From Paraburkholderia sp. (lineage in GTDB: Bacteria; Pseudomonadota; Gammaproteobacteria; Burkholderiales; Burkholderiaceae): a DNA stretch of 64,000 nucleotides. The stretch spans positions 7,599-71,598 of the forward strand of contig DATLOW010000024.1 in the NCBI GenBank assembly GCA_035536055.1, read 5' to 3'. Positions 28,077 through 38,682 of the stretch are shown one piece after another. The position numbers were made by a program, and so were the translations under genes. The first letter of the stretch is position 1. Every line of letters begins with the position of its first letter. A model generated the notes under the pieces. The model had not been told where the DNA came from. It did no database searches and worked only from the letters and a program-made list of their open reading frames with translations.

Positions 28077-30350
28077 ATGCTGCGCGATGAAGATATCCCT
28101 ACCGTGGCGCAACGGCCCGTATCGCTGGCACGGCGTAGCTTTCTGAAGGCAGGTGGCGCGCTGGTCGTCACGTTTTGCTTGCCGGCCATCGCAGCCAGCA
28201 CGACCCGGTCGCACACATTCGAAAAGGTGCCGCCGGAACAGCTGGATTCATGGATTGCAGTTGCGCAGGATGGCTCGGTGACGGCGTTCACCGGGCGCAT
28301 CGATATGGGCACCGGCGTTGAGACGGTATTCGTGCAGGCGGTGGCCGAAGAGCTCGACGTGCCGGTTGGCGCGGTCACTTTCGTGCTGGGCGACACGGCG
28401 CGCACACCGGATCAGGGCAAGTCCACCGCCAGCAACAACATCGCGCGTAATCTGCCGCCGATGCGTGAGGCCGCTGCCGAGGCTCGCCTCGCGCTCGTCG
28501 AGCTGGCAGCAAAGCGCTTCGATGTGCCGGTGGAAGGACTCAGCGTACACGACGGCGTCGTCAGCGTGAATGGCGACACGCGCAAGGTCAGCTACGGCGA
28601 ACTGATCGGCGGCAAACGCTTCGACGTGACGCTGAGCGTGAAAGGCAGCGGCAACCAGACGCAGATCAAGGGGCGCGCAAAGGTCAAGGATCCGAAGTCG
28701 TTCAAGGTGCTCGGCAAGCCGGTGCCGCGTGTGGATATTCCCGCCAAGGTGCGCGGCGAACATCGCTTCGTGCACGACGTGGTGGTGGAGGGCATGCTGC
28801 ACGGCACGGTCGTGCTGCCGCCGAGCCGTGGCATGAAACTGGTGTCGGTCGACGGATTTCCGCAACCCGTGCCGGGCGTCGTGAAAGTCGTGACGCGCGG
28901 CGATTTTGTCGGCATCGTGGCTGAAACCGAGCAGGCGGCGGTCCGCGCCCGCAATGCGCTGCGCGTGACGTGGGCGCATACCGGCAAACCGTGCGAGTTC
29001 GATGACGTTTATCGCACGGTCCGTAATACGCCGCTGCTCGAGGAGCAGGTCGAAGGCAAGGTCGGTGATACGGCGAAGGCGTTCGCAAGTGCGGACACGG
29101 TACTCGAAGCCACCTATCTGTTGCCCGTGAATTCGCACGGCATGATGGGGCCGTCGTGCGCGGTGGCGGACTTTCGCGACGGCAGCCTGACCTTGTGGTC
29201 AGGCACGCAGTGGCCAGAAGGAACGCGCCAGGACGTGGCGAAAATGATGGGACTGCCTGCGGACAACGTGCATCTGGTGTGGGTGCAGGGTTCGGGCTCG
29301 TATGGACGTCTCGGCGTCGACGACGCGGCGGGCGATGCCGCGCTGCTTTCGCAGGCGGTCGGCCGGCCCGTGCGCGTGCAGTGGCAGCGCGCCGACGAGA
29401 ACCAGTGGTCGCCGTTTTGCCCCGCCGCGGTGATTCGCGTGAAGGCGGCGCTCGACAACAAGGGGCGCATCGTCGCGTGGGAGTTCGAAAACCGCACGCC
29501 CGGCCATTCGACCGCGGAGCGCGGCAACATTCTCGCGTGGCGCGCGCTTGGCAGTAATCCCGGCCACAAGCGGCTAAGCGGTGGAGCCGACAATCCGAGC
29601 TATGACATCCCGAATCTGCACGTTACCACGCACTATACGCGCGAAGTGGTGCGAGCCATTTACATGCGGTCGGTGGCGGGCATCCAGAATGCGTTTGCAA
29701 TCGAATCCATGATGGACGAGCTGGCTGCGAAAGCGGGCGCCGATCCGGTTGCGTTCCGCCTGACACATACTGCGAACCAGCGTTCGCGCAAGGTCATCGA
29801 AACGGTGGCGCACAAAGCGGGCTGGCAGGCATCGCAAAAGCCGGTGGTCGACGGCGACCTGATCGAAGCGCGCGGAATTGCATCGATGTGTGCGGGCGAC
29901 GGCAAACTCGCCAATCACGGCGCGTGGGGAAATCTTGCGACGATCGTCGACATACAGGTGAATCGCAAGACCGGGGCGATTCGCGTGAAACGTGTATTCG
30001 TTGCGTTCGATGCAGGCCGTATCGCGAATCCAGACGGTTTGCGCGCACAGGCCGAAGGCGGCACGCTGATGGGCATCAGCCGCGCGCTGAAGGAGCAGGT
30101 GCTGTTTCGCGGTGGGGCGGTGGCGTCGGCAGACTGGCTGACCTATCCGGTTCTGCAGTTCAGCGACGTGCCCGAAGTACTCGACGTCACACTGATCGAC
30201 AACGACCATCCGCCGCTTGGTGCCGGCGAGGTGCCGAACGTCACGCCGGCGTGCGCGATCGGCAATGCCGTGTTCGCCGCTACAGGTGTGCGGATTCGCG
30301 AATTGCCGCTGACGCCGGACAAGGTGAAGGCGGCACTTGCATCGGCTTGA
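28077..30350 (+). CDS. Xanthine-oxidase-family molybdopterin subunit (IorB/NicB-like), Tat-exported
   Basis: ARRSFLK Tat motif, DMGTG, GSYGR, NPDG..AQ.EGG and GAGE motifs. Confidence 0.9.
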   Translation: MLRDEDIPTVAQRPVSLARRSFLKAGGALVVTFCLPAIAASTTRSHTFEKVPPEQLDSWIAVAQDGSVTAFTGRIDMGTGVETVFVQAVAEELDVPVGAVTFVLGDTARTPDQGKSTASNNIARNLPPMREAAAEARLALVELAAKRFDVPVEGLSVHDGVVSVNGDTRKVSYGELIGGKRFDVTLSVKGSGNQTQIKGRAKVKDPKSFKVLGKPVPRVDIPAKVRGEHRFVHDVVVEGMLHGTVVLPPSRGMKLVSVDGFPQPVPGVVKVVTRGDFVGIVAETEQAAVRARNALRVTWAHTGKPCEFDDVYRTVRNTPLLEEQVEGKVGDTAKAFASADTVLEATYLLPVNSHGMMGPSCAVADFRDGSLTLWSGTQWPEGTRQDVAKMMGLPADNVHLVWVQGSGSYGRLGVDDAAGDAALLSQAVGRPVRVQWQRADENQWSPFCPAAVIRVKAALDNKGRIVAWEFENRTPGHSTAERGNILAWRALGSNPGHKRLSGGADNPSYDIPNLHVTTHYTREVVRAIYMRSVAGIQNAFAIESMMDELAAKAGADPVAFRLTHTANQRSRKVIETVAHKAGWQASQKPVVDGDLIEARGIASMCAGDGKLANHGAWGNLATIVDIQVNRKTGAIRVKRVFVAFDAGRIANPDGLRAQAEGGTLMGISRALKEQVLFRGGAVASADWLTYPVLQFSDVPEVLDVTLIDNDHPPLGAGEVPNVTPACAIGNAVFAATGVRIRELPLTPDKVKAALASA

Positions 30351-30421
30351 GCGCAACACGCCGAATCCGGGCATGAATGGCTGCTGGCCCGCTGCCTAAT
30401 ACAAGCAAAACTTCCGGCACG

Positions 30422-31720
30422 ATGAAACTCACCTTTACGACACTTGGACTGTGCGCAGCGATGGCGTTTGCATTCGCTGCGACGCCCGCTGATGCTCAGC
30501 AAACGACTGAATCGAACGGCGCCTACCTCGCCCGCGCAGCGGATTGCGTTGCCTGTCATTCGGTTCCGGATGGCAGGCCGTTTGCGGGTGGCCTGAAAAT
30601 GGGCACGCCGTTCGGCAATATCTTTAGCACCAACATTACGCCGGACAGGCAAACGGGCATCGGCAACTACAGTCTTGCGGACTTCGATCGCGCTGTGCGC
30701 AAAGGTATCGCCAAGGACGGCCACTATCTGTATCCCGCGATGCCGTACCCCTCATACGCGAAGATCAGCGACGCCGACCTGGATGCGCTTTATCGTTATT
30801 TCATGCATGAGGTTGCTCCGGTAAACCAGCCAAACCGGAAAACCGAAATCAGATGGCCAATGAACATGCGTTGGCCGCTTGCGGCATGGAATGCATTGTT
30901 CGTCGACAGCAAACCTTATAAGGCTGATCCGTCACACATTGATGAGTGGAATCGTGGCGCGTATCTGGTTCAAGGCCTCGGACATTGCGGCGCATGTCAC
31001 ACGCCGCGCGGCGTGCTATTCGAGGAAAAAGCGCTTGATGGTGGCGACAGCCGTTTTCTCGGCGGCGCCACGCTCGATGGGTGGACCGCGAGTAACTTGC
31101 GGGGCGATGGCGACACGGGGTTGGGCCGATGGAGTGAAGCCGATATCGTCACGTTCCTGAAAGAAGGCGTAAACGCGCACGCGTCGGTATTCGGCTCGAT
31201 GATCGATGTGTACAACAACAGCGCGCAGTTCCTCAGCGATAGCGATCAACACGCGATTGCCGTGTATCTGAAGTCTTTGCCCGCCGCACCCGGCAATCAC
31301 GACACTTACGCGTACGATGGCGCTAGCGCAAAGGCACTGCAACGCGGCGACATTCGCGAACCCGGGGCGTCGATCTTTCGCACGCAATGTGCGAGCTGTC
31401 ACGGTATGGACGGCAAAGGCATGGGCGATCGCCTGCCGGCACTGGCCGGCAATCCGAATGTGCTGGCACATGATCCTTCTTCGGTCGTGAACCTCGTTTT
31501 GAACGGCGCGCAGCGTGTCGTTCGCAAGGGCATGCCAGACACTTACCGTATGGCGCCATTTCGGCTGCAGCTGAGCGATCGGGAGATCGCGGACGTGGTC
31601 AGCTGGGTTCGTCAGGCGTGGGGCAATCACGCGGCGCCGGTGTCGACCGACGACGTTGCAAAGCTGCGCGCTGCAACGGATATGAGTAGCGATCAGGTGG
31701 TCATCCTCAAGATGCGTTGA
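30422..31720 (+). CDS. Triheme cytochrome c subunit (gluconate/alcohol dehydrogenase type)
   Basis: Three CxxCH motifs (CVACH, CGACH, CASCH), STNITPD..TGIG, LYPAMPY and a signal peptide. Confidence 0.93.
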   Translation: MKLTFTTLGLCAAMAFAFAATPADAQQTTESNGAYLARAADCVACHSVPDGRPFAGGLKMGTPFGNIFSTNITPDRQTGIGNYSLADFDRAVRKGIAKDGHYLYPAMPYPSYAKISDADLDALYRYFMHEVAPVNQPNRKTEIRWPMNMRWPLAAWNALFVDSKPYKADPSHIDEWNRGAYLVQGLGHCGACHTPRGVLFEEKALDGGDSRFLGGATLDGWTASNLRGDGDTGLGRWSEADIVTFLKEGVNAHASVFGSMIDVYNNSAQFLSDSDQHAIAVYLKSLPAAPGNHDTYAYDGASAKALQRGDIREPGASIFRTQCASCHGMDGKGMGDRLPALAGNPNVLAHDPSSVVNLVLNGAQRVVRKGMPDTYRMAPFRLQLSDREIADVVSWVRQAWGNHAAPVSTDDVAKLRAATDMSSDQVVILKMR

Positions 31721-31740
31721 GCGCAAACGGCTGCGCTCAA
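31717..31740 (+). terminator. Hairpin after the cytochrome c gene
   Basis: TTGAGCGCA-N6-TGCGCTCAA, with no strong U tract. Confidence 0.4.
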
Positions 31741-31799
31741 ATCCCTTGATGCGCGTGCAAGCGCAGGTCTCGACACGCCAAAAATATCGTCATTCATTT

Positions 31800-31864
31800 A
31801 TCGAACCCAGCGATCAATGAATAAAAACTAGTTGTTTGCGCTGATGAAAGTGCGGACTTAGCAT
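31800..31864 (+). promoter_or_regulatory. LysR box plus sigma70-like promoter (copy B)
   Basis: ATCG-N7-CGAT-caat, then TTGCGC-N17-TAGCAT. Spacing identical to copy A. Confidence 0.65.
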
Positions 31865-31929
31865 GACTTCATATCGCACGGCGCGTCGCGTCGCTCGCAT
31901 ATCGCGATGCAACTGGAACAGGAGACCGA

Positions 31930-32463
31930 ATGTCCGTTCAATCCCCCGTCAAGACCTGGGCTGAAATGATTCTGCAGGTGTTGAAAGACAATGAAATACG
32001 GCTCGTTACGTACGTGCCCGACAACGTGTTGAGGCCATTGATCGACGCGCTGCACGCCGACCCGTATTTCACGGTGATCTGCCCCGCCCGCGAAGAAGAA
32101 GCGGTAGGCATCGTGGCAGGCGCATATATGGCCGGCATGCGCGGCATCACGCTGATGCAAACCAGCGGCTTTGCCACGCTGCCCAATGCGCTTGCTTCAC
32201 TCGTGCGTCCGTATCAGTTCCCGCTCGTGATGGTGATCTCCGAACGCGGCACGCTGGGTGATTTTCAGCTTGGCCAGGCGGTGGTGTGTCGCACGATGCG
32301 CCCGGTGTTGACCTCGCTGAACATCGAGCACTTCGCGATCGAGCGGCTTGACGACGTCGAGTTCGTTGCCGACCGCATGATCAAGCAGGCATTCACCACG
32401 CAGGAGCCCGCCGCGATCATTCTTTCGCCGCTGCTCACCAAGAAGAGCAATACCTCTCATTGA
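31930..32463 (+). CDS. ThDP-dependent decarboxylase alpha subunit (ComD/phosphonopyruvate decarboxylase-like)
   Basis: YVPD, REEEAVGI.AGA, LMQTSG and ISERG motifs. Confidence 0.85.
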   Translation: MSVQSPVKTWAEMILQVLKDNEIRLVTYVPDNVLRPLIDALHADPYFTVICPAREEEAVGIVAGAYMAGMRGITLMQTSGFATLPNALASLVRPYQFPLVMVISERGTLGDFQLGQAVVCRTMRPVLTSLNIEHFAIERLDDVEFVADRMIKQAFTTQEPAAIILSPLLTKKSNTSH

Positions 32464-32477
32464 ACCCGGATCTATTC

Positions 32478-33086
32478 ATGACTTCATCGGAAAAACACGC
32501 AGTGGCGCGCGATACCGCCAGGGTGATGAACCGCTCGGATCTGACGCGCCGGTTGGTCGCAAAGCTCAAACGCAATGAGGCCGTGATCGGCGGTATCGGC
32601 AATACCAACTTCGATTTGTGGGCGAGCGGCCAGCGGCCGCAGAACTTTTACATGCTGGGCAGCATGGGCCTTGCGATTCCGCTGGCACTGGGCGTGGCGA
32701 CCGCGCAGCCGCAGCGGCATGTGGTAGCGCTCGAGGGCGATGGTTCGTTGCTGATGCAACTTGGCACGCTGGGTACGGTGGCGATGCGCGCGCCGAAAAA
32801 CCTGTTGATGATCGTCTGGGACAACGGTGTTTATCAGATCACCGGTTCGCAAAAAACGCTGACGTCGCACGGTGTGGATCTGGTCGCGATGGCGCGTGCC
32901 GCAGGCCTCGCGAACAGCGCGTGGGCCCGCGACGAAGCTCATTTCGATGCGTTGCTGGAAGACGCGCTCGCGGGTCATGGCCCCGCCTTCATCGCGGCGC
33001 GCACCGACGAAGCGAAACCCGCGGGCACCACCGAGCGCGACCCGGTGAAGATTCGTATGCGCTTCATGGAAGGCATCGCCGTCTAA
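32478..33086 (+). CDS. ThDP-dependent decarboxylase beta subunit (ComE-like)
   Basis: NFYMLGSMGLA and the EGDGS...WDNG ThDP-binding motif. Confidence 0.85.
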   Translation: MTSSEKHAVARDTARVMNRSDLTRRLVAKLKRNEAVIGGIGNTNFDLWASGQRPQNFYMLGSMGLAIPLALGVATAQPQRHVVALEGDGSLLMQLGTLGTVAMRAPKNLLMIVWDNGVYQITGSQKTLTSHGVDLVAMARAAGLANSAWARDEAHFDALLEDALAGHGPAFIAARTDEAKPAGTTERDPVKIRMRFMEGIAV

Positions 33087-33104
33087 CGTAAACGGAGAGA
33101 TCGC

Positions 33105-34517
33105 ATGTCACAGCTGCTGATTCGCGGCAAATGGGTCGATGGAGAGTCGACCCAGACACTGACTGACAAATATCAAGGTCGTGAATACGGCCGGATGGCC
33201 GTGGCGTCCGAAGCGCAAGTCAAACAGGCAATAGACGGTGCGCTGGAGGGATTCAAAGCCGCCACGCTGACGCCCTACGAGCGCTACTGCATTTTGCTTG
33301 AGGCGTCGCGGGTCATTGCCAGCCGCGCGCCGAAGCTGATCGGACTGATGTGCGACGAAGCGGGTTTCACGCACGCCGACGGCGAAAACGAAGTACGGCG
33401 CTGCGTGCAGACGCTCGAGCTCTCCGCGGGAGAAGCAAAGCGGCTGTCAGGCGAACTGGTGCCAATGGAAGCGGCAGCGGGCGTGAAAAACCGACTCGGT
33501 TTTACGATTCGTGTGCCGCGCGGCGTGATCTGTGCGATCACGCCATTCAATTCTCCGCTCAATACGCTTGCGCATAAGGTTGGTCCTGCGCTGGCCGGCG
33601 GCAACGCAGTGGTGATCAAGCCGTCGAATGTCACGCCACTATCGGCGGTCGAATTGTGCCGGGCGCTGATCGATGCGGGCTTGCCCGCCAGTCTGCTCGC
33701 GCTGGTTCATGGCCCGGGAGCGGCGATCGGGCGGCAGTTGCTGGCCGATCATCGCATCGCGTTCTATGCATTCACTGGCAGCACTCAGGTGGGGCGCGAA
33801 ATTCAACAGGCGGCAGGCCTGCGCGGCTTGCAGCTGGAACTTGGCAGCATCGCGAGCACGATTGTATGCGCCGATGCCGATATCGATCTGGCGATTCCGA
33901 AGATCATCAACGCGGGTTTTCGCAAGGCGGGCCAGGTTTGCACATCGGTGCAGAGGCTGTTTGTCGCGCGCGGTATCGCGGATCGCTTTATCCCGAAGTT
34001 CGTCGAGGCGGTGCGGGCGACGCCATACGGCGACCCGTCCGATCCGAAGACCGTCATCGGCCCGATGATCTCGCTGCAACATGCCGAGCGCGCCGAAGCA
34101 TGGGTGCGCGAAGCGCTCGACGGTGGCGCGCGGCTGCTGGCAGGCGGTCAACGCGACGGTGCGCTGTTTGCGCCAACGGTGCTGCACGGTGTGAACGATC
34201 GCATGAAAGTGATGTGCGAGGAAATCTTCGCACCGGTCGTTTGTATCGTCGAATTCGACACCATCGACGAAGCAGTGGCAGGCGCTAATGCCAGCGATTT
34301 CGGTCTCGCTGCCGGTCTGTTTACGCAGGATCTGAAAACAGCATTGCGTACCGCGCGGCAGCTCGCCTTCGGCGGTGTGCATGTGAACGAAGCCTCCAGT
34401 GCACGTATCGACGCAATGCCGTTCGGCGGCGTCAAGGACAGCGGCTACGGACGCGAGGGCCCGGCCTACGCGATTCGCGAAATGACCGAAGAACGCCTGA
34501 TCACCGTCGCGTACTGA
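33105..34517 (+). CDS. NAD(P)-dependent aldehyde dehydrogenase
   Basis: ITPFN, FTGS, LELG, GQVC, EEIFAP and PFGGVK.SG.GREG motifs. Confidence 0.95.
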   Translation: MSQLLIRGKWVDGESTQTLTDKYQGREYGRMAVASEAQVKQAIDGALEGFKAATLTPYERYCILLEASRVIASRAPKLIGLMCDEAGFTHADGENEVRRCVQTLELSAGEAKRLSGELVPMEAAAGVKNRLGFTIRVPRGVICAITPFNSPLNTLAHKVGPALAGGNAVVIKPSNVTPLSAVELCRALIDAGLPASLLALVHGPGAAIGRQLLADHRIAFYAFTGSTQVGREIQQAAGLRGLQLELGSIASTIVCADADIDLAIPKIINAGFRKAGQVCTSVQRLFVARGIADRFIPKFVEAVRATPYGDPSDPKTVIGPMISLQHAERAEAWVREALDGGARLLAGGQRDGALFAPTVLHGVNDRMKVMCEEIFAPVVCIVEFDTIDEAVAGANASDFGLAAGLFTQDLKTALRTARQLAFGGVHVNEASSARIDAMPFGGVKDSGYGREGPAYAIREMTEERLITVAY

Positions 34518-34568
34518 CGCCGACGCATCGCATGGGCCTGGTATCAATCGAAACCGGAATATCACATC

Positions 34569-36683
34569 TTGGACACATCCATCGTAGCGAACAATGTGTT
34601 GCGCATTGCCGTGGACATCGGCGGCACTTTCACCGACGGCGTTGCCACGCTGTCGCCGCTCGGCCGCATCTGGGTCGGCAAGACCCCGACCACGCCGGAC
34701 GATCCTGGCGAAGCGGTGTCTACCGTTGCGCTGAATCTGCTGCAGCAGGTCGCGGCTTCGCTCGGCGCCGCCGCGCCGAAGCTAGGGGAGGTGGTGCACG
34801 GCACTACGCTGATCACCAATACGCTGATCGAGCGCAAAGGCGCCAAAACCGCGCTGATTACGACGCAAGGTATGCGCGACGTGCTCGATATCGGTCGCGA
34901 GTGGCGCTACGACATCTACGATCTCGACATCATGCTGCCCACGCCGCTGGTGCCGCCCGGCTTGCGCGTCGAAGTAGACGAGCGTCTCGATGCGCAAGGC
35001 CGGACGCTGACGCCGCTCAACGAAGCGGCACTCGACCGGATGATTGGCGAACTTGCAGCGCTGGGCGTGGATTCCGTGGCCGTGTCGCTGTTGCATGCGT
35101 ATGTGAACGATGCACATGAGAAGCGTATCGAGGCTGCGCTCAGGAATGCGCTGCCGAACCTGAAGGTTTCGCTATCGTCCGACCTTGCGCGCGAGATCAA
35201 GGAGTTCGAGCGCACTTCGACTGCCGTTGCCAACGCATATGTCAAGCCGATCGTTGCAGCGTATCTGCATGAACTGGAGAGCCGCATCGCGCGTATCCAG
35301 AAGGACATTCCGTTACGGGTGATGGTGTCGAGCGGTGGCTTTACGTCGGCACGTGCGGGCGCGCAATCGCCGATCCTGCTGCTCGAATCGGGGCCTGCTG
35401 CGGGTGTGCTGTCGGCGCTCAATACCGCGTACCAGAACGACGTAAAGCGCGTGCTCGCCTTCGACATGGGCGGCACCACGGCCAAAGCATGTGTTGCCGT
35501 GGACGGCGAACCGCCGATCGCGCATAGCTTCGAGTGCGCGCGCGTCGAGCGTTTCAAACGCGGCTCGGGGCTGCCGATTTTGATTCCCAGCATCGAGCTG
35601 ATCGAGATTGGCGCAGGCGGTGGATCGATTGCGCATTGCAATCGGCTTGGTCTGTTGAACATCGGGCCGGAATCGTCCGGCTCGGTGCCGGGGCCGGCGT
35701 GCTACGGACGTGGCGGCATCGATGCGACGGTGACCGACGCGGACCTGCTGCTCGGCTATCTGAATCCGACCAATTTCCTTGGCGGCGAAATGGCGCTCGA
35801 CACCGCGCGAGCGCAGCAGGCCATGGAGCGTCTTGCCGCGCAGCTCGGCATGTCCGCAGGCGACGTCGCGTGGGGCATCTACAACATGGTCAACGAGAAC
35901 ATGGCGAGCGCGGCACGCATTCATATCGCCGAGAACGGCCACGATCCGCGTGAGTTCGCGATGGTCGCCACGGGTGGCGCAGGCCCGGTTCACGCGGTCG
36001 AAGTGGCGCGCAAGCTGCGCATTCCGCGGGTGCTGATTCCGATCGCCGCGGGTGCCGGCTCGTGTCTCGGCATGCTTGCGGCACCCGCGCGTGTCGATCG
36101 CGCATTTTCCAGCCCGCAATTGCTGGCCGATACCGACTGGGTACAGGTTGCCGCGAATTTGCACAAGCTGCGGCAAGAGGGTGAAACGGAGCTCGATTCG
36201 GCCGGTGCAAGCGATGTCGAATGGCGCATCGGTGCAGAGATGCGCTACTTCGGGCAGGGCGCGGACGTGTCCGTGTCGATTCCGTACGAAGCCGTTACGC
36301 AGGCGACTGGCGCGAAAGTGCTGGCGTCGTTCGAAGAGCAGTACCAGAAGCTGTACGGGCGCCTCGTGCCGAATGCGCGGCCGCAAGTGGTGACGTGGCG
36401 CCTGACCGGCCGCGCGCGCACGGCGGGCCATCACTTCGAATGGGGCGACGACCGTGTGAAGGAAACCGCCGCGTTGCGCGGCGAACGCCCGGTATTTCTG
36501 CCTCTGCGCGGCCGCCACGAGAGCGTGCCGGTATACGACCGCTACTCGGTGCGCCCGGGGCAGACGCTGCAGGGGCCGCTGATTCTCGAAGAACGGGAAT
36601 CGACGATCGTGGTTGCGGTCGCCGCGGAAGTCACGGTGCTTGCCGATCTGACGACGTCCGTCATCATCAAGGAGTTCGAGTAA
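34569..36683 (+). CDS. Hydantoinase/oxoprolinase A subunit (ATP-binding)
   Basis: DIGGTFTD, HGTT, SGPAAG, DMGGTT, IGAGGGS and PGPACYG motifs. Confidence 0.93.
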   Translation: MDTSIVANNVLRIAVDIGGTFTDGVATLSPLGRIWVGKTPTTPDDPGEAVSTVALNLLQQVAASLGAAAPKLGEVVHGTTLITNTLIERKGAKTALITTQGMRDVLDIGREWRYDIYDLDIMLPTPLVPPGLRVEVDERLDAQGRTLTPLNEAALDRMIGELAALGVDSVAVSLLHAYVNDAHEKRIEAALRNALPNLKVSLSSDLAREIKEFERTSTAVANAYVKPIVAAYLHELESRIARIQKDIPLRVMVSSGGFTSARAGAQSPILLLESGPAAGVLSALNTAYQNDVKRVLAFDMGGTTAKACVAVDGEPPIAHSFECARVERFKRGSGLPILIPSIELIEIGAGGGSIAHCNRLGLLNIGPESSGSVPGPACYGRGGIDATVTDADLLLGYLNPTNFLGGEMALDTARAQQAMERLAAQLGMSAGDVAWGIYNMVNENMASAARIHIAENGHDPREFAMVATGGAGPVHAVEVARKLRIPRVLIPIAAGAGSCLGMLAAPARVDRAFSSPQLLADTDWVQVAANLHKLRQEGETELDSAGASDVEWRIGAEMRYFGQGADVSVSIPYEAVTQATGAKVLASFEEQYQKLYGRLVPNARPQVVTWRLTGRARTAGHHFEWGDDRVKETAALRGERPVFLPLRGRHESVPVYDRYSVRPGQTLQGPLILEERESTIVVAVAAEVTVLADLTTSVIIKEFE

Positions 36684-38252
36684 ATGAACCAGTCGTCCAA
36701 CGCGCCGCGCGCGCGGCTTACTTCGTTCGATCCGATCGAACTCGAGATTCTGTGGAAACGGCTGATCAGCGTGGTCGACGAAGCGTCAGCCGCCTTTGTA
36801 CGCACCTGTTTTTCGACGCTCGTGCGGGACGGCAACGACTTCGCGATCGTGCTGACCGACGCGCAAGGCCGTTCGCTGGCGCAATCGACGATGAGCCTGC
36901 CAGGTTTTATCGGCTGCCTGCCGGCGACCGTGCGCCACGTGCTGCAAAGGTATCCAGCCCATACGATGAACGACGGCGACGTATTCATCACGAACGACCC
37001 GTGGCAGGGCTCGGGACACATTCACGACGTCACGACCGTCACGCCGATTTTTCGTGACGGAAGACTGGTTGCGTTTGCCGCAGTCGTGTCGCATCTGGTC
37101 GACATCGGCGGCAAGCTGCGCAGCAACAGTAGCCGGGAGATTTACGAGGAAGGCCTGCAGATCCCGATGATGAAGCTGCTCGACCAGGGCAAGCCGAACG
37201 ACGTGCTGATCGAGATCATCAAGCAGAACGTGCGCGCGCCTGAGCAGGGCATGGGCGATATCTGGGCCCAGGTGTCGGCTTGCCGCCAGATGGGCGAGCG
37301 TCTGCAGGGCTTGCTCGATACCGTCGATCTCGATGCGCTCGGCGCCGAAGTGCGCCTGCGCTCGGAGCATGCGATGCGCGATGCGATTCGCCAGATTCCG
37401 GATGGCGTCTATGAATCGACGGTGCTGCACGACGGTTTCGAAAAACCGATCGAACTGAAGTGCAAGCTTACGGTGACGGGCGACCGCATCGACATCGACT
37501 ATGCAGGAACCAGCCCGCAGTTGCCGCGCGCATTGAACGTCGTGCCGATCTACACGTTTGCGTACACCGTGTACGGCATCAAGACGCTGCTGTGTCCGGA
37601 CATTCCGAATAACGAAGGCAGCTTCGTGCCGATCACCACTACGGCGCCGCTCGGTTCGCTGTTGAACCCGACGTACCCGGCGGCGTCCGGCGGGCGTAGC
37701 GCGATCGGCCATCTGCTGCCTGCGTGTGTATTTCGCGCGCTCGGCAGCGCATTGCCGGACAAGGTGTGGGCAGGCGGCTCGCCGAATTCGTCGATGACGA
37801 TGTCGGGCGAGTATCGCGGCAAACGCTTTGCGGTGGTCAATTTCCTGAACGCGGGACAAGGCGCCAATGCGCGCCGCGATGGTTTCTCGGCATTGAGTTT
37901 TCCGGCCAATCTCGGCAATACACCGGTCGAGATGATGGAGTCGCTCGCGCCGATCAAGGTATTGCGCCGCGAAATCCGCCGCGGCAGCGGTGGCGAGGGG
38001 CGTCACTCGGGGGGTTGCGGCATCAGTTTCGAATACGAGCTGTTGCCCGGCGCAACGAACGTGGCCGCATCGTTTCTGATGACGCAGTTGAAATCGGCGC
38101 CTCCTGGACTGGCCGGTGGTGGCGACGGGCAGCCAGGCAGGTTGCTGATCAACGGACAGCCGATCGATCCGACCGAGCCGCGCATATTAAGCGTGGGCGA
38201 TCGCGTGCTGATGCAAACCGCCGGCGGCGGGGCTTACGGCGCGTTGTCGTGA
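36684..38252 (+). CDS. Hydantoinase B/oxoprolinase catalytic subunit
   Basis: NDPW..SGH..D, H..DIGG, EEGL.IP, NTPVE and T.GGG.YG motifs. Confidence 0.93.
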   Translation: MNQSSNAPRARLTSFDPIELEILWKRLISVVDEASAAFVRTCFSTLVRDGNDFAIVLTDAQGRSLAQSTMSLPGFIGCLPATVRHVLQRYPAHTMNDGDVFITNDPWQGSGHIHDVTTVTPIFRDGRLVAFAAVVSHLVDIGGKLRSNSSREIYEEGLQIPMMKLLDQGKPNDVLIEIIKQNVRAPEQGMGDIWAQVSACRQMGERLQGLLDTVDLDALGAEVRLRSEHAMRDAIRQIPDGVYESTVLHDGFEKPIELKCKLTVTGDRIDIDYAGTSPQLPRALNVVPIYTFAYTVYGIKTLLCPDIPNNEGSFVPITTTAPLGSLLNPTYPAASGGRSAIGHLLPACVFRALGSALPDKVWAGGSPNSSMTMSGEYRGKRFAVVNFLNAGQGANARRDGFSALSFPANLGNTPVEMMESLAPIKVLRREIRRGSGGEGRHSGGCGISFEYELLPGATNVAASFLMTQLKSAPPGLAGGGDGQPGRLLINGQPIDPTEPRILSVGDRVLMQTAGGGAYGALS

Positions 38253-38313
38253 ATCGGTGCGGTGGCAACGCTGCGTTGCCGACTCAGGATTTCTTTAATG
38301 AAGAGGGCTATGC

Positions 38314-38682
38314 ATGAGCGACATTATTCGAATCGATCAGAACGCGCGGCGCAGCCGCGCGCTGATTCACAACGGCATCCTGTACATCTCCGGGCAGGTG
38401 CCGGATGACCGCAGCGGCGACGTCGCGGCGCAAACCCGGCAGGTTCTTGCCAAGCTCGATGACTTGCTGAAGGAAGCCGGCACCAGCAAGGAGCGGCTGC
38501 TGAGCGCGCAGATCTGGCTGAAGACCATGGACGACTTTGGTGCGATGAACGCCGTCTGGGACGCGTGGGTCACGCAAGGGCAGACACCGACGCGTTGCTG
38601 CGGCAAGGTCGAACTGAACGATCCGGCGTGCCGTGTCGAGATCACAGCGATGGCGGCACTTGTACCCAGCGATGTCGGTTAG
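38314..38682 (+). CDS. RidA/YjgF family protein
   Basis: LYISGQV, MN.VWDAW, PTRCC and VEI.A.A motifs. Confidence 0.92.
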   Translation: MSDIIRIDQNARRSRALIHNGILYISGQVPDDRSGDVAAQTRQVLAKLDDLLKEAGTSKERLLSAQIWLKTMDDFGAMNAVWDAWVTQGQTPTRCCGKVELNDPACRVEITAMAALVPSDVG

